Positions 15,696 to 24,707 of a DNA stretch of 28,399 nt are shown one piece after another (positions within the stretch are counted from its first letter, which is position 1; every line of letters starts with the position of its first letter). Made by a program: the position numbers and the translations under genes. The notes under the pieces were generated by a model, which was given only the letters and a program-made list of their open reading frames with translations, searched no databases and was not told the origin of the DNA. Source of the stretch: a virus (Duplodnaviria > Caudoviricetes); IMG/VR virus record IMGVR_UViG_3300028553_000130, positions 1 through 28,399 of that record. One strand, written 5' to 3'.

Positions 15696-15902
15696 CTAAA
15701 CCGCATCGCCCTTGAGCATCACCGGCTTCGCGAAAAACACCGGACAGTCGCGCCCATCACCCAAGTGCCGACAGGCGCTCGGGCTATCTGGCGCCCAGTA
15801 CGGTACATCGGTGCGTCCGACAAGGGCGCGGCAGACGCCAGCGTTCATGTAAGTCGCCTTCCAGTGCCAGCAGTTTCCGCAGAGCTTTGGGGCGTTAGAC
15901 AT
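15696..15902 (-). CDS. Small Cys-rich protein, in frame with TerL across a single TAG
   Basis: CGNCWHW...C...C...C; start overlaps the upstream gene. Confidence 0.6.
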   Translation of the reverse strand: MSNAPKLCGNCWHWKATYMNAGVCRALVGRTDVPYWAPDSPSACRHLGDGRDCPVFFAKPVMLKGDAV

Positions 15903-16092
15903 CGACCAACAACTCCAGCACGGCCAGCGACGCTTCTTTGTTCTTGTGCTGCGACCGGCGATTGCTGCACTCGACCGCGCACCCCGTGGGTAAGTGGACG
16001 ATGCGCACGCCGGTGTTTGGTTTTCCAGTGATCATGCCCGTGGTCGGCTTGGGTGGGTGGATTGTGATGATCAGGTCTTCGGGGTTGAGCAT
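15895..16092 (-). CDS. Peptide chain release factor domain-3-like protein lacking GGQ
   Basis: GVRIVHLPTG..V.C...RSQHKNK..L resembles the RF1/RF2 segment after GGQ; TGMITG sits where GGQ is expected. Confidence 0.8.
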   Translation of the reverse strand: MLNPEDLIITIHPPKPTTGMITGKPNTGVRIVHLPTGCAVECSNRRSQHKNKEASLAVLELLVDV

Positions 16093-16093
16093 G

Positions 16094-16255
16094 TCATCGC
16101 GTCCAATCGTGCTCTAAGTACCCTGACTCGCTGTCGATCTCGACAGCTTGCCGCGGGGTCAGTCCAGCGGCCTTGATGGACGCGCACATAGCCTCTTTTG
16201 CAGATTCAGACCCGGCGGCCCAGGCTGATCGAAGGTCTGCGACGCTGATGATCAT
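16094..16255 (-). CDS. Hypothetical protein
   Basis: GGAGAGG RBS; coupled to neighbours. Confidence 0.5.
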   Translation of the reverse strand: MIISVADLRSAWAAGSESAKEAMCASIKAAGLTPRQAVEIDSESGYLEHDWTR

Positions 16256-16467
16256 ATTAAAGCCTCTCCCGAATAATCGCACCACGCTTTGCGAGCCCGT
16301 GCCCACGCGCCCATAAACTGCTGCACGGTCGTGATCTGCGGTTCACCATGAAACCCAGGCATCGCAGCGTCAAACGCATCTGCTGCGACGCGTAACGGAT
16401 GATCATCAGGCAATTCGTCAGCGTCGGCACGGGCGCGCATTTTTTTGGCTATGTCAGTTACGCTCAT
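16252..16467 (-). CDS. Hypothetical phage protein
   Basis: Tightly packed in the operon. Confidence 0.6.
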   Translation of the reverse strand: MSVTDIAKKMRARADADELPDDHPLRVAADAFDAAMPGFHGEPQITTVQQFMGAWARARKAWCDYSGEALI

Positions 16468-16565
16468 TGCTCGTCGGCCTCGCGCATCGCCTGATCAATC
16501 CGCAGCAGTTCGGCTTTGTAGATCGCAGCGTCCATCGCGGCCTTTTCTTTCTTGGTCATCGCCAT
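16464..16565 (-). CDS. Possible 33-aa peptide (MAMTKKEKAA...)
   Basis: Fills the gap between TerS and the next gene, ATGA overlap; below the ORF track cutoff. Confidence 0.4.
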   Translation of the reverse strand: MAMTKKEKAAMDAAIYKAELLRIDQAMREADEQ

Positions 16566-16566
16566 G

Positions 16567-17085
16567 TCATTTACCCCTCACCATCGCCTCAAGTTCCGCG
16601 TCGCTCAGCTTCGTGATGTCTTTCGGGCCGGGGTCGTCGAGTGACCACGCCTTGCGCTCCAGCGAATGGATGTTCATGAGAACCTCGCTCGATATCTTTG
16701 CCGCCTTCAAGTCGTCGAACGCCAGCGCCTTGGCCTGCTTATCTTCGGCCGCCTTGTGCGCCCTGACCGCGGTGTACAGCATTCCCCGAACCACCCCAGG
16801 CTCCTCCTGGTGGCGCCGCTGGACTTCCGCCGCTCGGTCGGCTGCTGCATTGATTGCTTCGGCTTTTTTAACGGGGTCTGCGTTGACTACGCCGTTGACC
16901 TTTGCGTTGACTTTTGCGCGAATCGCTGCGCCAACATCATCAGAAACGCGCCATTCTCCGCGGGTTGCCTTGCGCGAGATCGCCGCCTTGTCAACATGGT
17001 GCCGGCCTTCAAGCTCGCGCAGGGTGGCCCCCGCCTCAAACTCGGCGCGAACCGTCTCCCACTGGTCTGCGGTTAGCCTTGGCAT
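16567..17085 (-). CDS. Terminase small subunit
   Basis: N-terminal HTH (W..VR.EFE.G.TLREL...H.V....I.RKA....W); C-terminal DITKLSDAELEAMV. Confidence 0.75.
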   Translation of the reverse strand: MPRLTADQWETVRAEFEAGATLRELEGRHHVDKAAISRKATRGEWRVSDDVGAAIRAKVNAKVNGVVNADPVKKAEAINAAADRAAEVQRRHQEEPGVVRGMLYTAVRAHKAAEDKQAKALAFDDLKAAKISSEVLMNIHSLERKAWSLDDPGPKDITKLSDAELEAMVRGK

Positions 17086-18518
17086 AGCGTCGGGGTCCGC
17101 CCGGTATGGTCCTGGTATCGTTGAAGTGCGACCGCAACATACCCAGGGGATATTTCGCTCGCCCGCACGCGTCGGCCCAGGTTCTCGCCTGCGATAATGG
17201 TTGTTCCGGAGCCAGAGAATGGTTCGTAAACCAGCTCGCCCGTGTCGGTGGTGAGTTTCATGAAGAAACTCGGCAGCGTCACAGGGAACATGGCCGGGTG
17301 GTCAGCTTTTTCCATATTGTTTCGCAGCCAAAGCACATTACTCGGCCTTGCGATTCCGCTTCGATACTTTCCGTCAACCCCGACATTTCCATTCGCAGAC
17401 AACCCGCTTTTGTCCTTGTCGTACACCCTGATCATTTTCGACTCCTTACCCGCGCATCTCGGGTTAAACTTTATTTTTTCCCGTCTCGTAAAGTGATAAA
17501 TATCCTCATAAAGATCCACCATTGACGCATCACCAATGTCAGCAAATCTTTCGGTATCGACATCAACGCACTGAACCATCCAGGTTATCTTGTCCCTTTT
17601 CGTGAAAAAATGCACTGGCTCGAAATCATTCTTCAACCTGTCCATCCAGGCACCAGGCAACCCCGGCTTAGCCCAAATCAACTGATCGACATAGCGCCAT
17701 CCAGCAGCCCGTAAGACCTTAATCGTCTCGAAAACATACAGCGACCGCTCGCCGTCTTCGACGTGCTCCTTGATGTTGACGAAGAAGCTCCCATCGTCGG
17801 CCAGGTACCGCTGCACATTTGCTGCCACGCCCGCGAACCACTCCGGATACTGATCGACTGGCGTTCCACCATAACTGCTTTTGCGCTGCATGGCGTAAGG
17901 CGGCGAAGTAAAACAACAGTTGGCGAGTTCCCCGCCCATCAGCCGACCGATGTCCGCTTCCGACGTACAATCCCCGCACAGCAGCCGGTGATCACCAAGA
18001 GCCCACAACTGGCCCGTGACAACACCCCACTTCTTGCGCAACTCCTCTGCTTGATCAACCTGCGGCGCGGTATCCGCATCAGCGTCTCTGTCCCCATCAG
18101 GCGTCGACTCGACCCCCCCCATCAGCGCATCCAACGCCTCCGCATCAAACCCCGTCAGGTCCAGGTCGTAGTCCTCCAGCCGCAAATCCTCAAGCTCCAG
18201 CGCCAGCAACTCTTGATCCCACTCGGCAAGATCGGCCATCCGGTTGACGCTGATCCTGAACGCCTTGATCTGTGTGTCAGTCAGGTCATCGGCCAGCAGC
18301 ACCGGGACCGTCTCAAGGCCCAGGCTGCGCGCGGCCTTCAGGCGCAAGTGACCGTCGACCACCAGTCCGTCCGATCTCGCCAGAATCGGCACTTTGAACC
18401 CGAACTCACGGATCGCTGCGGCAACGCGAGGCACCGCATGATCGTTCTTGCGCGGGTTGCGCGCGTACTCAACAAACCGATCCAGCGGCCAATACTCAAG
18501 CTCTTGATGCTCAATCAC
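17073..18518 (-). CDS. ParB/Srx domain fused to a beta-class N4C/N6A DNA methyltransferase
   Basis: Y.RNPRKND, IREFGF.VPI, VDGHLRLKAA; TSPPY; HPAMFP; EPFSGSGTT. GTG 18518 overlaps the upstream TGA. Confidence 0.9.
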   Translation of the reverse strand: MIEHQELEYWPLDRFVEYARNPRKNDHAVPRVAAAIREFGFKVPILARSDGLVVDGHLRLKAARSLGLETVPVLLADDLTDTQIKAFRISVNRMADLAEWDQELLALELEDLRLEDYDLDLTGFDAEALDALMGGVESTPDGDRDADADTAPQVDQAEELRKKWGVVTGQLWALGDHRLLCGDCTSEADIGRLMGGELANCCFTSPPYAMQRKSSYGGTPVDQYPEWFAGVAANVQRYLADDGSFFVNIKEHVEDGERSLYVFETIKVLRAAGWRYVDQLIWAKPGLPGAWMDRLKNDFEPVHFFTKRDKITWMVQCVDVDTERFADIGDASMVDLYEDIYHFTRREKIKFNPRCAGKESKMIRVYDKDKSGLSANGNVGVDGKYRSGIARPSNVLWLRNNMEKADHPAMFPVTLPSFFMKLTTDTGELVYEPFSGSGTTIIAGENLGRRVRASEISPGYVAVALQRYQDHTGRTPTLCQG

Positions 18519-18796
18519 GAATGCACTCCCGCAGGCTCCCCCACAAACTTCACCACCACCCGGCTCGGCTGCTCCAGCGTCGGCTTTGGATTCAGCACGC
18601 ACGCCAGGCCCGCCAGGCGCCCGTTCGGCATCGCCGCCCCGCAGGTGCAGATCGCCTCAACCCGGTCGGGCGCCTCGGCTTCGCACTGCGAACACCGGTA
18701 CACCGCCCCCCCGGCCGGCCCCTGACGGCGCATGACCCGGCCAAAGCAGACCCGGCACACGTGATTCGTAAACTCCCACAGCGCGCCATCAGCCAT
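18515..18796 (-). CDS. Cys-rich (zinc-binding) hypothetical protein
   Basis: CRVC, CSQC, CTC; coupled on both sides. Confidence 0.7.
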   Translation of the reverse strand: MADGALWEFTNHVCRVCFGRVMRRQGPAGGAVYRCSQCEAEAPDRVEAICTCGAAMPNGRLAGLACVLNPKPTLEQPSRVVVKFVGEPAGVHS

Positions 18797-19262
18797 GCGC
18801 GGACACCCCGCGACTGATCAGCGCTCCAGGCGCCCGCGACGCGGCCCACAGGGCAGCCTCAACCAGTGACGCGGCAGAGCGCGCCACGGGGCGCCCGTCG
18901 ACCACCAGCAGCAGCGGCGCCAGCGGCACCGCCCGGCACGGCGGTTGCCCGCGGCGGTTCCGCCCGATCCGCACCTCCCGCTCGCGGTTGTAGCAACTCA
19001 CGCAGATCCCTGTCGATGCGATGATCCGCAGGTTGGACCTCCCGCAACGCACGCAGACATGGCCCGCAGGCACCGCAGGAGCGGCCTGGGAGCCCGCGCC
19101 GGCATGTTCCGCCCCGATCGTACAGCCGCGGCACAGCCGGGCGGCATTGGTCGCGTCAGCGGTCAGCCCGCGCTGCCACAGCTTGGCGCACGCCGACGGC
19201 AAAAGCAGAAGCCCTCCCGATTGCCTGGGGCACAGAAAGGTTTCAGCAGAGTGATTGCACAT
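18789..19262 (-). CDS. Cys-rich (zinc-binding) hypothetical protein
   Basis: CRGC, CVRC, CVSC; GGAG RBS. Confidence 0.7.
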   Translation of the reverse strand: MCNHSAETFLCPRQSGGLLLLPSACAKLWQRGLTADATNAARLCRGCTIGAEHAGAGSQAAPAVPAGHVCVRCGRSNLRIIASTGICVSCYNREREVRIGRNRRGQPPCRAVPLAPLLLVVDGRPVARSAASLVEAALWAASRAPGALISRGVSAHG

Positions 19263-19306
19263 CGTTCGGCTCCGGTGTCAGGGCTGCTGATGGATTCGAT
19301 CACGCG

Positions 19307-19669
19307 TTAGAAGGGGATATCGTCGTCCCATGCCTGTTGGTCGGGCGGCGGCGCGTCGGCGCGTCCTGGGGCCGTTGGCGCGGCCTGGGAGTAGCTTCCG
19401 CTGCCCAGCATCGCCATCACCTGCTCGGGGTCGATACGGAACGCCCGGCCCAGCACGGCGGCGGCGCGCGTCTCGGCGGACTCGTCGCGGGTCCGGGGCT
19501 CGAAGGCCAGGCTGAAGAACCGGCCCTTGCTGCCATCCTTGACCCATGCCGAAATCCAGAACTCGGCGCCGTCGATCAGGGCTGATCCCTTGTGGGTCGG
19601 GTGCCGGTCGGACGTGGCTTTGTCGTTGCGGAAGAGGGCGCCGGACAGGTCGCGTGGTTCAAAGGCCAT
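19307..19669 (-). CDS. Phage single-stranded DNA-binding protein (DUF736-like)
   Basis: GALF.N.K....HP...G...I.G.E.W.SAW.K......F.SL; SSB-type acidic tail DDDIPF. Confidence 0.75.
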   Translation of the reverse strand: MAFEPRDLSGALFRNDKATSDRHPTHKGSALIDGAEFWISAWVKDGSKGRFFSLAFEPRTRDESAETRAAAVLGRAFRIDPEQVMAMLGSGSYSQAAPTAPGRADAPPPDQQAWDDDIPF

Positions 19670-19892
19670 GGCTAGGGGTCTCGGTGTTTCGCTCAGCTTC
19701 GTCTGAGCCGGGTTCGTAGTCGGCGCGCGGGCAGTCGGCCAGCGGGGCGTTAGGCCACGTTTTTTGAGCCATATAACAACCAGTTGGGCGGGTATGCGCG
19801 CATGACCAGCAGGTCAAGGATGGCGTTTTTAGGTTGGTTATTTCGCAAGGTTGGTTACACCGTTGGTTACGATTTTTTTCTTTATATTTCAT
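19659..19892 (-). CDS. Small Cys-rich protein; start uncertain, overlaps the iterons
   Basis: CWSCAH...C...C..YEPG; 3' end overlaps the SSB start. Confidence 0.4.
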   Translation of the reverse strand: MKYKEKNRNQRCNQPCEITNLKTPSLTCWSCAHTRPTGCYMAQKTWPNAPLADCPRADYEPGSDEAERNTETPSHGL

Positions 19893-20104
19893 ATCTATAA
19901 CCAACCTAACCAACCTAACCAACCTAAAAGAGAGTTATATAAAAATCGACGACAATAATCGACGACAATACCAAGGGGCCATATTGCTATTTCCTGGCGA
20001 AGAAATGAAAAACGCAAAAAGGTTGGTTAGGTTGGTTATGCCTTTGATGTCCTTAATAAAAAGGTTGGTTACTGAGGTTGGTAAGAGGTTGGTTAGGTTG
20101 GTTA
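19831..20104. repeat. AT-rich iteron cluster, putative replication origin
   Basis: GGTTGGTTA at 19832, 19849, 20021, 20030, 20063, 20087, 20096; inverted x3 at 19898-19924; 1-mismatch copies at 19861 and 20076. Confidence 0.8.
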
Positions 20105-21415
20105 TTTTTTCTTTGGCCGGTAACACCACCCGCCTCCTGTAAGCTGCTTGCGCTCCCATCCTGCGCGCTTGAAGATCGCCGACACCCGCATCTGATCGGA
20201 TCGAGTCTGCTTGCCCTTGTCGATGTTCAGGCAGGTGAACAGCGCGTCATACGTGGTGGTCTCCGGCTCTACTGGCGGAAATTTCAGGGGCGCATCCTTT
20301 ATGATCTGAGCAAGCATCGCATGAATCGGCGTTTCCCATGGGTCCCCCACATAGCTTGCTTCCTGGTGCTCGATAGCATTGGGTATCGACCACCACTTGC
20401 CGGTCGTCCCATTAGCGACCCATGTCATGGCTTCGGCAAACAACTCGTCGCGCACCGCGGTAACGCCTTCGGCATCGATCTCGCTGTTCACGCGCACCGG
20501 AAGGAATCGACGCGCACCGGTGGAGTCTGTTTGCCAACTGTCGCTGTTGGTTCCGCCGACGAAGATGCACTGGCGAGGATGGCGCTGATGTCCGGTCTCA
20601 AACAGCCCGCGGTAGTTGTCCGTTTGGCTGGTAATAACCTGCTTGATCCGCGTCGTCTCGGCCTTGCTGAACTGGTCCAGTTCGCCAAAGTCCGCGCACC
20701 ATATTCCGCGCAGACCGATGAAAAAGTCTTTGCTGTTGAGGCTATCAACCACTTCGGCGTACCAAGGGGAAAACAGCGCAGACCATAGTTTTGTCTTGCC
20801 TGCCCCCTGAACGCCCTCAAGGATCACCATCAAATCGACCTTGCACCCTGGCTTGATGATACGCAGTACAGCGGAAATAAACAGCGCTCGCGCGACTGCG
20901 ACATGATAGGGGTCTTCCCGCTTCGTTCCGCAGAACACACTGAAAAATTCATCAATACGCGGCGTTCCGTCCCATTTCAGCCCATTCAGATAGTCGAGCA
21001 CTGGGTTGAACTGGTTGTGCTCCGCGACTGCTGCCAGGGCTTCCGCAACATCCGTAGTCGGGACCTTCTCGCCGGGTATCCAATGCCGCTCGATTTCGGC
21101 CTTGATCTTGGTTACCGCTACCTTTTTGGCATCCTGGCCGTCGATGCTGACCTGCTCAGAAAACAGGTTCAGCTTGATGCGGTCCTTGAACATCGGCGCG
21201 TTCTGAAGGATCAGGATCAGGTTGTGAACCCGGCATACTACTTGGTCGCTGCCGTCATTATTGACTTTGACGATCAGCGCGTCGCGCCAATCGCCCGCGG
21301 CGCGTCGTGGCGCCTCCTGCTTTGGCTTAGACTCCGGCTTCCGCTTGATCCGGTCCAGAATATTGGCGACCACCGCGGGCTCTTGCCCCGGATCGGTGGG
21401 CTTATGGGTCATCAC
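20102..21415 (-). CDS. VapE-family P-loop ATPase (replicative helicase)
   Basis: FNPVLDYL..L.WDG.PR, PGCKVD, LEG.QGAGKT, ELD, R.CIFVG.TN, D.TG.RRFLPV, RD.LFAEA. Confidence 0.9.
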   Translation of the reverse strand: MMTHKPTDPGQEPAVVANILDRIKRKPESKPKQEAPRRAAGDWRDALIVKVNNDGSDQVVCRVHNLILILQNAPMFKDRIKLNLFSEQVSIDGQDAKKVAVTKIKAEIERHWIPGEKVPTTDVAEALAAVAEHNQFNPVLDYLNGLKWDGTPRIDEFFSVFCGTKREDPYHVAVARALFISAVLRIIKPGCKVDLMVILEGVQGAGKTKLWSALFSPWYAEVVDSLNSKDFFIGLRGIWCADFGELDQFSKAETTRIKQVITSQTDNYRGLFETGHQRHPRQCIFVGGTNSDSWQTDSTGARRFLPVRVNSEIDAEGVTAVRDELFAEAMTWVANGTTGKWWSIPNAIEHQEASYVGDPWETPIHAMLAQIIKDAPLKFPPVEPETTTYDALFTCLNIDKGKQTRSDQMRVSAIFKRAGWERKQLTGGGWCYRPKKK

Positions 21416-22056
21416 GCCTTCACCCCATAGATCGCGTAAAGCGCCACCACCAGCCGTTTCGCGGCCAGTATCTCGCGCTCCGAGATCGCATCCGGGACCG
21501 CCTGGATGTGCTGGTAGCGATTGCGCGTGGCTGCATCGATCTGTCGGTAGGTCACCCGCTCGCCGATCGCCATATCCAGAATCATCAGTTCCGGCCAGGC
21601 GGCGGACTCAAGCTCGCGCTGCATCGCAACCGCGCGGCGGCGCTTGGTCTCGCCGCGATCTTCAGGCTGAAGATCCATCCCGGCCCGGCCGGCGAGGGCT
21701 TCCAGCGCCTTGCGGAAGCTCAGTCGGTCATACTCTTGAAGCCAGTCCAGGGCATCGCCGTGCGCCCCGCAACCAAAACAGTGATAGAACTGCTTGCTCG
21801 GGCTGACCGTGAACGATGCGGTTTTCTCGTCATGGAACGGGCAGCACGCTTGATAGTCGGTCCCGGCCTTGCGCAGTTCGACGGCATCGCCGATCAGATC
21901 GACGATATCGGTCGCGGCAAGAATGGCGCCGATATCGCACCGGTGGATGGTGTTGAGCGTCCGCGGGCGGTCGCTCGGTTTCTGACCGGCTGGCAGACAG
22001 TCATAGATCAGGTCCATACTGGGGCGGATTGCGGCCTCGTAGTCCTCGCGACTCAT
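21412..22056 (-). CDS. CHC2 zinc-finger (primase zinc-binding domain) protein
   Basis: CPFHDEKTASF.V......YHCFGCGAHGD; no TOPRIM domain follows. Confidence 0.88.
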   Translation of the reverse strand: MSREDYEAAIRPSMDLIYDCLPAGQKPSDRPRTLNTIHRCDIGAILAATDIVDLIGDAVELRKAGTDYQACCPFHDEKTASFTVSPSKQFYHCFGCGAHGDALDWLQEYDRLSFRKALEALAGRAGMDLQPEDRGETKRRRAVAMQRELESAAWPELMILDMAIGERVTYRQIDAATRNRYQHIQAVPDAISEREILAAKRLVVALYAIYGVKA

Positions 22057-22421
22057 GTCAGGTCCTCCGGTGACCGGGCCACGATGGCGAAGCCGCCCGC
22101 ATCGGTAACGTGATCGCGGAAATGCTGCTGCTTGACTCGCTCGCGCCCGACCAAAGTCTTGACCTCGACCGCAGCAAACTGCGCGATGGTCGTCCCAATG
22201 TCATCAAGTCTGATGATCCTCGCGCGGTAACCGATCAAGTCTGATGATCCCTTGCACAGCCCGGCGTGAAGCGGGCGCGGATTTTTAATCAGCACTGAGC
22301 CGTCGGGTAAGTGGACGACTTTCCCAACCCAGCCAACCCCGACGTTGTTCCTCCAGAGGGTCAGCCCAGCATTGCTTGCAACCAAGCGAACGGCGTTCTG
22401 AATGTCGTGCTCGACTGTCAT
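22053..22421 (-). CDS. VRR-NUC family nuclease
   Basis: E..IQ, LWRNNVG, GL..GSSDLIG, F.AVEVK, Q..F...V...GG.A.VARS. Confidence 0.85.
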   Translation of the reverse strand: MTVEHDIQNAVRLVASNAGLTLWRNNVGVGWVGKVVHLPDGSVLIKNPRPLHAGLCKGSSDLIGYRARIIRLDDIGTTIAQFAAVEVKTLVGRERVKQQHFRDHVTDAGGFAIVARSPEDLT

Positions 22422-23845
22422 GCCGTCACCTGCTGCGCCGCCCGTTGCTCAGCCTTCGCCTGCCGGGCCTGCCACACGAACCGCGCCCAGCCGGGCTTAT
22501 GCCCCAGCTTGCGGCCCAGTTCTTCGAGTTCTTCGATGGTCTTCGCCGCCGCTTGGGCCTGCTTCGCAGCGCGCCGTACTTCCATCGGGTCCACCTGCTC
22601 TAGCTCGCCGTCGACCTCTTCGATCTCGCGCGCCTGGACCGGGTACAGGAATCCGCACTTCGGGCAGCGGGGGGCGGGGCGGTGGACGTGGTAACAGTTG
22701 TCGCACTGGCGAACCGGCAGCGCGTCCGGATCGGCGGGTTTCTTGGCGCCTTTGGGGCGGCCCATCAGCGACCACTCGCGATCGTCGTCCGGAAGGCCGT
22801 GGCGATAGACGTTGCCGACGTGATCGAGCACGACGGCGCGGGTCTTCCCCGGCGCCGGGCGCAGCACGCGTCCGACTTGTTGCAGGTACAGCCCCAGCGA
22901 TTGCGTCGGCCGCAGCAGGATCGCTGCCGACACCACGGGAACGTCAACACCCTCGCTGATGATCTCGCAGGACGTTAGCACCTGGAGCCGGCCGGCACCC
23001 AGGTCAGCGATGCGCGCGGCGCGTACCCCCGCATCCATCTTGCCGTCGACGCTGGCCGCCGAATACCCAGCCGCGATGAATTGCTCGGCCACATGCTCAG
23101 CATGGGCGACGCTGGCGCAGAACGCGATTGCGGGCTCGCCTGGGCACAGCCGCCGATAGTGAGCGACCGCATCGCCAGTGATGCACGGCTTATCCATTGC
23201 GGCGGCAACCTCGCCGGCGGCGAAATCACCGCCACGGGTGGAGACTCCGGACAGATCGATCGGCGCACCGCGTGGGGCGTAGACCACAGCAGGCGACAGA
23301 TAACCGCGGGCCGTCAGCTCGGCCACCGTCGGGCCTTGAATCATGTGATCGAAGATTCCGCCAGCAACAACGCCCAGCCCCTGGCCGTCCAGCCGCTGCG
23401 GGGTCGCCGTGACACCGAGGATGCGCGCGTCATCGTAATAGGCCAGCACCTGACCCCATGTCGTTTTCCCGGTCGCATGGTGGGCCTCGTCGACAATGAT
23501 CAGGTCCGGTCGCCAGCGCAGCCGCTCCATGCGTTTCACCAGGGTCTGCACGCTGGCGATCTGCACCCGGTGACCCTGAAACGTCGACATGCCCGCGGAA
23601 ATCGAACCGTGCGCGACGCCAAAGTCATCGAGCGTCCGCGAGGTTTGGCGCAGCAATTCGCGCCGATGCACCAGGATCAGCACGCGTTTCTCTTTCGCTG
23701 CGGCCTGGTCGGCGATCGACGCGAACGTGACCGTCTTGCCCGAGCCGGTCGGCATGACCAGCAGCACGGCGCGCAGCCGACGGGCATAGCACGCCCGCGT
23801 CTGCGTTTCCGCACTCGACTGGTAGTCGCGCAGAATGATACTCAC
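22418..23845 (-). CDS. Superfamily 2 DEAH helicase with C-terminal zinc ribbon
   Basis: LRDYQ, PTGSGKT, DEAHH, TATP, EGVDVP, QQVGR.LR, CxxC...CxxC. Confidence 0.92.
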   Translation of the reverse strand: MSIILRDYQSSAETQTRACYARRLRAVLLVMPTGSGKTVTFASIADQAAAKEKRVLILVHRRELLRQTSRTLDDFGVAHGSISAGMSTFQGHRVQIASVQTLVKRMERLRWRPDLIIVDEAHHATGKTTWGQVLAYYDDARILGVTATPQRLDGQGLGVVAGGIFDHMIQGPTVAELTARGYLSPAVVYAPRGAPIDLSGVSTRGGDFAAGEVAAAMDKPCITGDAVAHYRRLCPGEPAIAFCASVAHAEHVAEQFIAAGYSAASVDGKMDAGVRAARIADLGAGRLQVLTSCEIISEGVDVPVVSAAILLRPTQSLGLYLQQVGRVLRPAPGKTRAVVLDHVGNVYRHGLPDDDREWSLMGRPKGAKKPADPDALPVRQCDNCYHVHRPAPRCPKCGFLYPVQAREIEEVDGELEQVDPMEVRRAAKQAQAAAKTIEELEELGRKLGHKPGWARFVWQARQAKAEQRAAQQVTA

Positions 23846-24027
23846 CGCCGCGCCCCCTCACGCTCCCGCTGACACCCCACGCACCGCCCATAGTGCCGCC
23901 GTTGCTCGGTCAGCGCCTCGCCGCAGTCCGGGCAATGGGTCGCATACCGCAGGGTGCCACGGGCGTGCTCGATGGCGCGGGCCAGGTCGGCCTCGATGCG
24001 TTGTTGGGCGAAATCGGCGTCATCCAT
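23842..24027 (-). CDS. TraR/DksA C4-type zinc-finger protein
   Basis: MDDADFA (DxxDxA), CPDCGE.L...RR, CVGCQ; ATG overlaps the rha TGA. Confidence 0.8.
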   Translation of the reverse strand: MDDADFAQQRIEADLARAIEHARGTLRYATHCPDCGEALTEQRRHYGRCVGCQREREGARR

Positions 24028-24707
24028 CAGGCAGCTTCCTGAGCAAACAGACTGTCTAAAACCCACTTTGGGTATTGGTTGACGATGCCGAAGCGCGGGT
24101 CGGGGACGTGACCGATGATGATGTCGTGCTCCTTGCAGAAAGTCGTGGCGACCTTGCCCATCTTGGCCGCGTCGGCATACGGCAGGCTGCCGCCGAGCTT
24201 GGCGTAGCGGTGCCAACCGATGACGGTGAAATAGTCGTTGGCGGTTTCGATCTGCTGTAACTGGCGAGTGTTGCTGTCCATCTGCCGCTGCATGGCGGCT
24301 TGCGCGACCTCCACGGCCAGTTGCCGCTGCTTGAGTTGATCGACTTCGACCAGCGCGCGAATGTGGGCAGCGATGATGGGGTCGGTCACTGCTGGGGCTG
24401 CGGTCTTAGCTTCAAGCTCCTGCCAGCGATCGACCAAACGGCCGGTGAACTCGGGGGAGAGTTGGGCAACTACGATGATGGAATCACGTCGCCCAGTCTC
24501 TCCGGAAAATCGGTAAATCTTGACGGATTTTGGTCCGGGACCATCGTTGTGTACTTCCTGAAATTCAGGAAGTGTTATAACTCCTTGTTCAGCAAGCCGC
24601 ACTATCAGCGCCCTCACGTTGTCGTGACGCTTCTCGACCAATGTGGAGATATCCAAACTGGTCACGCTCGCCGTCGCGCTAGGAAGTGCTACAATTTCAT
24701 TCGTCAT
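24027..24707 (-). CDS. Rha-family phage regulatory protein
   Basis: TS.DI..LVEKRHDNV...I, RDSIIVVAQLSPEFT.RLVDRWQELE. Confidence 0.85.
   Translation of the reverse strand: MTNEIVALPSATASVTSLDISTLVEKRHDNVRALIVRLAEQGVITLPEFQEVHNDGPGPKSVKIYRFSGETGRRDSIIVVAQLSPEFTGRLVDRWQELEAKTAAPAVTDPIIAAHIRALVEVDQLKQRQLAVEVAQAAMQRQMDSNTRQLQQIETANDYFTVIGWHRYAKLGGSLPYADAAKMGKVATTFCKEHDIIIGHVPDPRFGIVNQYPKWVLDSLFAQEAA

Noticed and set aside
19831-20104. Possible CRISPR array or telomere-like repeat
   Set aside because: 9-bp units, irregular spacing, mixed orientation, no cas genes.
19834-20159. ORFs with TNL/LVR repeats
   Set aside because: Translation of the iterons; no independent coding evidence.
24621-24630. 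GTCGTGACGC match to the late motif
   Set aside because: Inside rha, antisense, and followed by TTCTCG rather than CANNNT; explained by the conserved KRHDN codons.
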